DNA of 64,000 nucleotides from Neisseria sp. (GTDB lineage Bacteria; Pseudomonadota; Gammaproteobacteria; Burkholderiales; Neisseriaceae): NCBI RefSeq assembly GCF_030530745.1, contig NZ_JAUMUI010000004.1, positions 24,159 to 88,158 of the forward strand, read 5' to 3'. Shown piece by piece: positions 54,647 to 64,000 of this stretch (position 1 is its first letter; each line of letters starts with the position of its first letter). The notes under the pieces were generated by a model. It saw only the letters and a program-made list of their open reading frames with translations, ran no database searches and was not told where the DNA came from. The position numbers and the translations under genes were made by a program.

Positions 54647-55468
54647 ATGCCGCAAACCCTGAACCAATGGCTGCAAGCCTGCCCGTTGCCCAAAAACGAA
54701 GCGCGTATGCTGCTGCAACACGCCGGCGGCTACACCCGCGCCCAACTGGTTACGCGCGGGCAGGAAACGCTGCCCGAAACCGTGGCCGCCGCCGCCGCCG
54801 CGCTGGCCGATCGCCGCATCGGCGGCGAACCGGTGGCCTACATTCTCGGCACGCGCGAATTTTACGGCCGCACTTTCCAAGTGAACGGCAGCGTGCTGAT
54901 TCCCCGCCCCGAAACCGAACATCTGGTCGAAGCCGTGCTCGAGCACCTGCCGCCGAACGGGCGGGTGTGGGACTTGGGCACAGGCAGCGGCATCATTGCA
55001 ATAACCGTTGCACTCGAGCGCCCCGATGCGCTCGTGCGCGCTTCCGACATCAGCCCCCAAGCCTTGCAAACCGCCGCCGCCAACGCCCGCGCGCTCGGCG
55101 CAAACATCGAATTTGCCTGCGGTTCGTGGTTTGAGGCGGGCGGGCCGTCTGAAAACCAATCCTACGACATCATCGTTTCCAACCCGCCCTATATCGAAGC
55201 GGGCGACAGCCATTTGCAGCAGGGCGATTTGCGTTTCGAGCCGCAAAACGCGCTCACCGATTTTTCAGACGGCCTAAGCTGTATCCGCACGCTGGCGCAG
55301 GAAGCCGGCCGGCGGCTCAAAGCCGGCGGCATGCTGTTGGTGGAACACGGCTATAACCAAGGCGCGGCGGTGCGGGCGCTGTTTGAGCAAAACGGGTTTG
55401 CGCAAGTGGAAACGCGGCAGGATTTGGCGGGATTGGACAGGTTGACGTTAGGCCGTCTGAAAACTTAG
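54647..55468 (+). CDS. prmC: Release factor glutamine N5-methyltransferase
   Basis: NPPY motif (SNPPYIE), SAM-binding VWDLGTGSGIIAI. Confidence 0.85.
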   Translation: MPQTLNQWLQACPLPKNEARMLLQHAGGYTRAQLVTRGQETLPETVAAAAAALADRRIGGEPVAYILGTREFYGRTFQVNGSVLIPRPETEHLVEAVLEHLPPNGRVWDLGTGSGIIAITVALERPDALVRASDISPQALQTAAANARALGANIEFACGSWFEAGGPSENQSYDIIVSNPPYIEAGDSHLQQGDLRFEPQNALTDFSDGLSCIRTLAQEAGRRLKAGGMLLVEHGYNQGAAVRALFEQNGFAQVETRQDLAGLDRLTLGRLKT

Positions 55469-55531
55469 TGCACATATAGGGTCAAGCCCGATAATGACGA
55501 AATCAAACATTTCAGACGGCCTCAATGTTTT

Positions 55532-56182
55532 TCACAACCCTGCCAGCAGCCTGGGCAGTTCCGACAAATCATCGATAACCGCCAAACAGCCCGCCTGCCG
55601 CAATTGTTCCGCCGGATGGGCGCCGGTGGTGATGCCCACGGCGCGGGCGCCGGCGTTGGCGGCCATTTCCAAATCGTAAACGGTGTCGCCTACCACCAGT
55701 GCGTCGGCAGGGCTAAGCCCCAGCTCGTCGCACAGCTTGAACACCATGTCGGGTGCGGGTTTGGAGGGCTGCTCGCCCGCGCAGGCGGTGGCCAGCCAAA
55801 AGCCGGCGGTGCCGGTTTGGGCGATGGCTTTGTCCAGCCCGCTCCTGCCTTTGCCGGTGGCCACCGCCAGCCAATAGCCTTGCTGCTTGAGGGTTTGCAG
55901 GCAGGGGAGGGCGCTGTCGAACAGTTTCATGTTGTGGTTGTTGGGGTTGAGGTAATGGTGGGCGTAGGTTTCGGCCAACTGTTCTTTGGTGTGGATGTCG
56001 GCATCGGGTGCGAGGTGGCGGATGATGGTAACAAGATTGTAGCCGATTAATTTTTTAACGGCGGCGGCTTCGGGGGCGGGCAGGCCGCATTCGGCGAAGG
56101 TTTGCCGGAAAGTATCGATAATCGGGCCGGTGGTGTCGGCCAGCGTGCCGTCCCAGTCGAAAATAATCAGTTTGGGTTTCAT
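55532..56182 (-). CDS. HAD-family hydrolase (phosphoglycolate phosphatase-like)
   Basis: Motif I LIIFDWDGTLADT; start set at MKPKLIIF. Confidence 0.75.
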   Translation of the reverse strand: MKPKLIIFDWDGTLADTTGPIIDTFRQTFAECGLPAPEAAAVKKLIGYNLVTIIRHLAPDADIHTKEQLAETYAHHYLNPNNHNMKLFDSALPCLQTLKQQGYWLAVATGKGRSGLDKAIAQTGTAGFWLATACAGEQPSKPAPDMVFKLCDELGLSPADALVVGDTVYDLEMAANAGARAVGITTGAHPAEQLRQAGCLAVIDDLSELPRLLAGL

Positions 56183-56685
56183 ATCGGTTTTCCTTTCCGG
56201 CCGTTTCCCGTTTTTAAGTCTCATTTTAAGAAACAATTAAAGGCCGGCTTAAAGCGGCTATCGGGAACACATATGAGTAACAAAATGAATAAAAAAGGTA
56301 GAAACAGCAGCTATTATAGTGAAAATCCAATTGATGCTGTATTCGTATTTGGGTTTGAAAAAATCGTCAAGTTTGAGCAGCCTGCCCAAAAACACTAAAA
56401 AGAAAAAACTGCTCAAGCAGAAGGTTTTAAAAAATGTTGGGTTTAAAAAATAAAGCCGTCTTGGCTGCGTTCAGACGGCCTATTATCCGATTGTGCCGCC
56501 GTATTCTGTAAATCTTGGTAAGGCCGTCTGAAAGGGTGTAGAATACGCGCCGTTTCCAACCACACGCCTGAACGGTTCAGGCACGTATCATGGACCTTCC
56601 CAGTTCATTACCAGCCGCACACAACCCCACCGTTTAACCACCCCGCCGGAATACTGCCCCCGCACTTCAGGCGGGCGGAGTATTT

Positions 56686-58131
56686 ATGAGCATCGAAGAA
56701 AATACCCCCGAAACCGCCGAAGCGGGCAAAACAGGACGTATGCCGCTCGACATCGGACGCATCCACGCACTTACCGAGGCCCTGCTGCCCGCAGCCGGGC
56801 AGATTGAAAACAACCTGCCCGTTGAAGACGAAACCTTAAACGCCAAACTGGTCGAGCTCATTGCCGTGCTGCACGAGCTGCACCCCGCCGACGTGGCGGC
56901 GGTGCTCGAATCGCTGCCACCCAAAGAGCGTTCGATGGTGTGGCATCTGGCTTCGCCCGAAGAAGACGGCGAGGTGCTGCTGGAAGTTTCCGACGCGGTG
57001 CGCGAAACGCTGATCGGGTCGATGGACAAAGAAGAGCTGCTCGCCGCCGTAGACGATTTGGACGCCGACGAGCTGGCCGAGCTGGCGGGCGGCCTGCCGC
57101 ACCAAGTGGTATATGAGGCGCTGCAAACCCGCGATGCCGAAGAGCGCGCGCAGGTGCAGGCGGCGATGTCGTATGAAGACGATCAAGTGGGCGCGATTAT
57201 GGATTTCGAGCTGGTGAGCATCCGCGCCGACGTGGCCTGCGAAGTGGTGCTGCGCTACCTGCGCCGTTTCGAGAGCCTGCCCGACCACACCGATAAAATA
57301 TTCGTGGTCGACGAAAACGACATTCTGCAGGGTGTGCTGCCCATCCGCAAACTGTTGGTGGCCGACCCCGACGAGCTGGTGGAAAACGTGATGGCCACCG
57401 ACGTGGTGCGCTTCCACCCTGAAGACAACGTGGAAGAAGCCGCACAGGCCTTCGAGCGTTACGACTTGGTAACCGCCCCCGTGGTCGATGAAAACAAAAA
57501 ACTTATCGGCCGCATCACCGTCGACGAAATGGTCGATGTGATCCGCGAAGAGGGCGAAGCCGATATGTTGAACATGGCCGGTTTGCAGGAAGACGAAGAC
57601 TTGTTTGCCCCCATTTGGCACTCGGTCAGAAACCGCTGGGTATGGCTGGCGGTAAACCTGTGCACCGCCTTTATTGCCAGCCGCGTTATCGGCGCATTTG
57701 AAGGCAGCATCGAAAAAATCGTGGCGCTGGCCGCGCTGATGCCGATTGTGGCGGGTATAGGCGGCAACTCGGGCAACCAAACCATCACCATGATTGTGCG
57801 CGCGATGGCCACGGGGCAGATTTCCGGCACCCAGGCCGGCCGGCTGCTGAAAAAAGAAGTGGGCGTGGCACTGGCCAACGGCCTGATTTGGGGCACGGTG
57901 ATGGGTGTGATTTCATGGTTGATGTATGGTAGTTTGGGCATCGGTCTGGTTATGGTGGCCGCGATGACGCTCAACCTGCTGCTCGCCGCCACCGTGGGCG
58001 TGCTGATTCCCGTTTTGATGGACAAAGCCGGCCGCGATCCCGCGTTGGGCAGCTCAGTGCTGATTACCGCCGTAACCGATTCGGGCGGCTTCCTGATTTT
58101 CCTGGGGCTGGCCACGATGTTTTTGCTGTGA
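56686..58131 (+). CDS. mgtE: Magnesium transporter MgtE
   Basis: N-domain, tandem CBS domains, 5 C-terminal TM helices with the conserved GNSGNQ motif (IVAGIGGNSGNQ). Confidence 0.85.
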   Translation: MSIEENTPETAEAGKTGRMPLDIGRIHALTEALLPAAGQIENNLPVEDETLNAKLVELIAVLHELHPADVAAVLESLPPKERSMVWHLASPEEDGEVLLEVSDAVRETLIGSMDKEELLAAVDDLDADELAELAGGLPHQVVYEALQTRDAEERAQVQAAMSYEDDQVGAIMDFELVSIRADVACEVVLRYLRRFESLPDHTDKIFVVDENDILQGVLPIRKLLVADPDELVENVMATDVVRFHPEDNVEEAAQAFERYDLVTAPVVDENKKLIGRITVDEMVDVIREEGEADMLNMAGLQEDEDLFAPIWHSVRNRWVWLAVNLCTAFIASRVIGAFEGSIEKIVALAALMPIVAGIGGNSGNQTITMIVRAMATGQISGTQAGRLLKKEVGVALANGLIWGTVMGVISWLMYGSLGIGLVMVAAMTLNLLLAATVGVLIPVLMDKAGRDPALGSSVLITAVTDSGGFLIFLGLATMFLL

Positions 58132-58197
58132 TGCCTGTATCGTGAACCAAAGGCCGTCTGAAACGTTTCAGACGGCCTTCATTATGGAAATAAAGTT

Positions 58198-58584
58198 TCA
58201 CCTGCCTGCATCGATTACCCTGATTCCGTATTGCGGGATATATCCGTCAACAGTCATCAGCTCCAAACCTTCTGCTTGGGTCTGGGCAATCAGCATTCTG
58301 TCAAAAGGATCCTGATGTATCGCAGGAAGCAGGCCGGCCTGCTTTGCGTGGAAGAAATCTATCGGGAGGCGTTCAAAATCTTCCTGCCCGATAATCTCGA
58401 AAAATTCTTCGGGCAGTTTCAGCAGCCCCTTATTCAGCTTGATTGAAATTTCCCAAATACTTGCAGCACTGACAAAAATCAGATTGTTGGAGTTTTCGAT
58501 CAGTTTTCGGGCATTTTCCCCTAACTTCCCATCATCCAGCAGCCACCACAGTACCACGTGCGTATCTAATAGGATTTTTCTCAT
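58198..58584 (-). CDS. vapC: Type II toxin VapC (PIN-domain ribonuclease)
   Basis: MRKILLDTHVVLWWL..., conserved acidic residues; 4-nt overlap with the upstream antitoxin. Confidence 0.75.
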   Translation of the reverse strand: MRKILLDTHVVLWWLLDDGKLGENARKLIENSNNLIFVSAASIWEISIKLNKGLLKLPEEFFEIIGQEDFERLPIDFFHAKQAGLLPAIHQDPFDRMLIAQTQAEGLELMTVDGYIPQYGIRVIDAGR

Positions 58585-58832
58585 AGGGACGATGCCTCAA
58601 ATAAATCTGCGGTCTCTTTATCACTTTCAAGGATTCGCGAAATATCGGTGTTTTCGGAATGGCTGAATTTTTTCAGACTGCCTGCTTTCCGTTGTTGTTT
58701 GACAATGCAGGTTAATTGAACGCAGGGCTTGCCCGCCTTGGCAATAATGACTGTTTCTCCGGCCTCGGCCTTTTGTATCAGTTGGCTGAGATTGGTTTTT
58801 GCCTGATGGATATTTGCTTGGAACATAATCAT
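58581..58832 (-). CDS. vapB: Type II antitoxin (VapB; Phd/YefM-like fold)
   Basis: 83 aa; AKTNLSQLIQKAEAGETVIIAKAGKP typical of Phd/YefM antitoxins; overlaps vapC. Confidence 0.65.
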   Translation of the reverse strand: MIMFQANIHQAKTNLSQLIQKAEAGETVIIAKAGKPCVQLTCIVKQQRKAGSLKKFSHSENTDISRILESDKETADLFEASSL

Positions 58833-59010
58833 GCCTTTTCTTAGTTCAGTTAGCTAATTATAGCCGGTATTCAAACGGATGGCGACCCAACTTAATGTTC
58901 ACATAGGAGGCCGTCTGAAAACGTTTTTCAGACGGCCTTTGGTTCATATGCCGCCGGATAGCGTTCAAAAATCGTTTAAAATAGCCACTTCCACCGCTTT
59001 CCTCAACGCT

Positions 59011-61050
59011 ATGACCCCCGAACACCAAAAGCTGCTCAAAATCAACGACGCCACGGCCAAGAAGCTTGCAAAGCTCAACCTCGACACGCCGTGGGACGTG
59101 GTGCTGCACCTGCCTCTGCGCTATGAAGACGAAACGCACATCATGCCGATTGCCGATGCGCCGCTCGGCACGCCGTGTCAGGTGGAAGGAGAGGTGGTTC
59201 ATCAGGAAGTGCAGTTCAAGCCGCGCAAGCAGTTGGTCGCGCAGATACGCGACGGCTCGGGCAGCGTGCTGCATCTGCGCTTTATCCATTTTTACCCAAG
59301 CCATCAAAAGCAGCTCGCGGCGGGTAAACGCATACGCGCGGTGGGCGAAATCAAGCACGGGTTTTACGGCGACGAGATGATACACCCGAAAATCCGCGAT
59401 GCCGAAGGCAGCAGCCTGGCCGAAAGCCTCACGCCCGTGTATCCCACCGTAAACGGCCTCAACCAGCCGACCTTGCGCCGCATCGTTCAGACGGCCTTAG
59501 ACACGGTTTCCCTGCACGACACTTTGCCCGATGAATTATTAGGCCGTCTGAACCTGCCGCACTTGGCCGAAAGTCTGCGCCTGCTGCACGCACCGCCGCC
59601 GAGTTTCACCATCCACCAGCTTTCAAACGGCACTTTGCCCGCGTGGCAGCGGCTGAAGTTTGACGAACTGTTGGCGCAGCAATTATCCATGCGTTTGGCA
59701 CGGCAAAAGCGCATCAGCGGCCAAGCCACGCCCCTGTGCGGTACGGGCGAACTCACGGCCAAGCTGATGGCCGCGCTGCCGTTTGCACTCACCGCCGCAC
59801 AAGAGCGCGTGCTCGCAGAAATCCGCAGCGATATGGCACAAACCCATCCCATGCACCGCCTGCTGCAAGGCGACGTGGGCAGCGGCAAAACCATCGTGGC
59901 CGCGCTTTCCGCGCTGGCCGCCATCGAAGCGGGCTGCCAAGCGGCAGTGATGGCGCCCACCGAAATTCTGGCCGAGCAGCATTACGCCAAGTTCAAACAA
60001 TGGTTCGAACCGCTGGGTTTGAGCGTGGCATGGCTCTCCGGCAGCCAGCGCAAAAAAGCCAAAGACCAAAACAAAGCCGCCATTTCAGACGGCCTTGTGC
60101 ATATCGCCGTGGGCACGCACGCGCTGTTTCAAGACGACGTGGCCTTTCCCGATTTGGGGCTGGTGATTGTGGACGAACAGCACCGCTTCGGCGTAGCTCA
60201 GCGTTTGGCCTTGAAAAACAAAGGGCAGGACGTGCATCAGCTCATGATGTCGGCCACACCGATACCGCGCACGCTGGCAATGAGTTTTTTCGCCGACCTC
60301 GACGTTTCCGTCATCGACGAACTGCCGCCCAGCCGCACCCCGATTAAAACGCGCTTAGTGAATAGTGTACGCCGCGCCGAAGTGGAAGGGCTGGTGTTGG
60401 GCGCGTGCCAAAAAGGGCAGCAGGCCTATTGGGTCTGCCCGCTGATTGAAGAAAGCGAAACCCTGCAACTGCAAACCGCCACCGAAACACTGGCCGAGCT
60501 TCAGACGGCCTTGCCCGAACTCAATATCGGCCTCGTGCACGGCCGCATGAAACCCGCCGAAAAAGCCGAAGTGATGGCCGAATTTTCCGCAGGCCGTCTG
60601 AATGTGTTGGTGGCCACCACCGTGATTGAAGTGGGCGTGGACGTGCCCAACGCCGGCCTGATGGTCATCGAACACGCCGAACGCATGGGCTTGGCGCAAC
60701 TGCACCAGCTGCGCGGCCGCGTGGGGCGCGGCGCAGCGGCCAGCTCGTGTGTGCTGCTGTTTTCCGAACCCTTAAGCGAACTCGCCAAAGCGCGCCTGAA
60801 AGTGATTTACGAACACACCGACGGCTTTGAAATCGCCCGCCAAGATTTAAACATACGCGGCCCCGGCGAATTTCTCGGCGCACGCCAAAGCGGCGTGCCG
60901 ATGCTGCGTTTCGCCAATTTGGAAGAAGATTTGCAGCTGCTGGAAAAAGCCCGCGAAATCGCGCCCAAGCTGATTGAAGAGCGGCCGGATATTGTGGAGG
61001 CGCATTTGGAACGGTGGCTGAGCAGTAGGGAAGGGTATTTGGGGGTGTGA
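59011..61050 (+). CDS. recG: ATP-dependent DNA helicase RecG
   Basis: VLHLPLRYED wedge region, Walker A GDVGSGKT, DEQHRFGV, helicase C motifs. Start set at MTPEHQK (internal to the ORF-track start). Confidence 0.85.
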   Translation: MTPEHQKLLKINDATAKKLAKLNLDTPWDVVLHLPLRYEDETHIMPIADAPLGTPCQVEGEVVHQEVQFKPRKQLVAQIRDGSGSVLHLRFIHFYPSHQKQLAAGKRIRAVGEIKHGFYGDEMIHPKIRDAEGSSLAESLTPVYPTVNGLNQPTLRRIVQTALDTVSLHDTLPDELLGRLNLPHLAESLRLLHAPPPSFTIHQLSNGTLPAWQRLKFDELLAQQLSMRLARQKRISGQATPLCGTGELTAKLMAALPFALTAAQERVLAEIRSDMAQTHPMHRLLQGDVGSGKTIVAALSALAAIEAGCQAAVMAPTEILAEQHYAKFKQWFEPLGLSVAWLSGSQRKKAKDQNKAAISDGLVHIAVGTHALFQDDVAFPDLGLVIVDEQHRFGVAQRLALKNKGQDVHQLMMSATPIPRTLAMSFFADLDVSVIDELPPSRTPIKTRLVNSVRRAEVEGLVLGACQKGQQAYWVCPLIEESETLQLQTATETLAELQTALPELNIGLVHGRMKPAEKAEVMAEFSAGRLNVLVATTVIEVGVDVPNAGLMVIEHAERMGLAQLHQLRGRVGRGAAASSCVLLFSEPLSELAKARLKVIYEHTDGFEIARQDLNIRGPGEFLGARQSGVPMLRFANLEEDLQLLEKAREIAPKLIEERPDIVEAHLERWLSSREGYLGV

Positions 61051-61181
61051 GCGGATGTTTTAAGGTATCGAAAAGAATTTTGCAAAGGTCTCAGGCCGTC
61101 TGAAAAAAGTTTTCAGACGGCCTGAACAGATTTGGCAAAGGTTTCGGCTTTTGATTGCCGCGGTATGTCCGAAGTTTCCGT

Positions 61182-62969
<1,788 letters not shown>

Positions 62970-63104
62970 TTAAAAGAAATCGGCGCGGGGTTGTAGCTTT
63001 TCTTTGGACGGGTGGGGAAGCAGGAAGGCCGTCTGAAAACGGGCGGGCGGTTTTCAGACGGCCTCAAGGTAGTTTTGCAAAGGCGTTAGGCGGCTGTATG
63101 TGGT

Positions 63105-63824
63105 TTATTTTCGCCCGCCCTGCTGATTCGGGCTGCCGCCGTCAAACCACTTCAAGCCGTTGCCGTTTTCTTTGCCGCTGTTTCGGCCGGACTGTTCCCG
63201 GCTGATTTCGACGGCAAACTGTTTTTCGCAGGGAACGCCGTTTTTATCGCCGTCCATTTTCACATTGGGGCAATGCTTCAGAAAGAATTTGGCTTCTTCG
63301 TAAGATTTCATTTGCGAGCAGTATTGCCTGCCGTCGCATCTGAATGCGGAAGGGGGTCTGCTTTTTTCCGTAGCCTCCACCGCTTCTTTCCAGGCGCGGC
63401 GTTCGGCTATCATTTTTTCGGCCACTTCGTCTACCACTACGGCGTTGTTGGTTTGGCTTGCACGGTAGGTCTGCCAATAATCCAGGCCGTAATAGCCGGC
63501 GGCGCCGAGCAGGGGGATGCCGATCAGGGCGGCGGCCATGCCTGCGAGCCAGCGGTTCAGGTTTTTGGGGGTATCTTCATTTGATTCGGCTGCGGTTGCG
63601 GCGGGTGTGCGGCGGCGGTTGAGGTATTCGATGTTTTTGGCTTCTTCGGTGCCGCGCTTGTTGCTGACAATTTCAAAAGATACGGTTTCACCGTCGCGCG
63701 GCGGCGGGTTTTCTGTTTCGAATTCGCCGATGTGGGCGAAAATTTCCGATTTGGTTTGTTCTTCTTTAATGAAACCGAAGCCGAGCTCATAGTCCCAGCG
63801 CATGATGGTGCCGTGGTAACGCAT
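63105..63824 (-). CDS. Cold-shock-domain protein with central TM helix and C-terminal Excalibur Ca-binding domain
   Basis: N-terminal CSD-like GTIMRWDYELGFGFIKEE...EIFAHI; TM AGMAAALIGIPLLGAAGYYG; Excalibur motif DGDKNGVPCEKQF. Confidence 0.6.
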   Translation of the reverse strand: MRYHGTIMRWDYELGFGFIKEEQTKSEIFAHIGEFETENPPPRDGETVSFEIVSNKRGTEEAKNIEYLNRRRTPAATAAESNEDTPKNLNRWLAGMAAALIGIPLLGAAGYYGLDYWQTYRASQTNNAVVVDEVAEKMIAERRAWKEAVEATEKSRPPSAFRCDGRQYCSQMKSYEEAKFFLKHCPNVKMDGDKNGVPCEKQFAVEISREQSGRNSGKENGNGLKWFDGGSPNQQGGRK

Positions 63825-64000
63825 ATTTTCCCTTTTTGGTATTGTTGTTATGCAATTGCGTTATTTTAAAAGAAAGCCGTTTGAAACACATCATTTTTTT
63901 GACTGTTCTTAATATATGTAAAACGTTTTTTCAGACGGCCTTGACAAACCCTTTGAAAAGATTAATATAAAATCACTACACAAGATTACAAAACGCAACA

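Noticed and set aside
56560-56690. Mg2+ riboswitch (M-box) in the mgtE leader
   Set aside because: Some hairpin potential (ccgccggaatactgcccccgcacttcaggcgggcgg) but no recognisable M-box conserved cores; would need a covariance-model search.

Overview
This looks like a chromosomal window from a commensal-type Neisseria. The uptake-sequence dialect AGGCCGTCTGAA (AG-DUS) occurs dozens of times, often as inverted pairs acting as terminators, and Correia-like and other small inverted-repeat elements are present. Ordinary housekeeping genes frame three accessory blocks: rpmG 3' end, ubiH-like, lapAB, ribD, nrdR, prmC, mgtE, recG, argS.

(1) 0.66–3.8 kb: a minimal Che-like signalling module. It comprises a membrane-anchored HPt + CheA-type ATPase kinase, a single-domain CheY and a CheX-like phosphatase.

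(2) 7.4–30.2 kb: a ~23 kb minus-strand Wzx/Wzy-dependent polysaccharide locus with Wza/Wzb/Wzc export genes. It mixes pgl-like (bacillosamine-type) initiating-sugar genes, carrying a formyltransferase and a separate ATP-grasp enzyme, with a WbpA/B/E/D UDP-GlcNAc3NAcA pathway. It also holds a GlpD-like flavoenzyme and five GT4 glycosyltransferases, two of them tandem paralogs.

(3) 32.8–47.2 kb: the most striking region. TolC is followed by an AT-rich array of 17 tiny genes encoding double-glycine-leader peptides (class II microcin-like). Some have unusual Pro/Trp-rich cores. The array also carries small membrane immunity-like peptides and duplicated promoter+leader cassettes. Palindromic repeats are inserted after several peptide genes. 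A CvaA-like HlyD protein and two CvaB-like C39-peptidase ABC exporters follow; their 3' ~870 bp are nucleotide-identical.

Downstream (49.0–54.6 kb) is a 1841-aa RTX protein with tandem Ig-like repeats and a serralysin-type metzincin domain (HEVTHTLGMTH + NMSY Met-turn). A VapBC pair and a cold-shock-domain/Excalibur fusion protein are also present.

All calls are from reading the sequence and motifs. No database searches were run.
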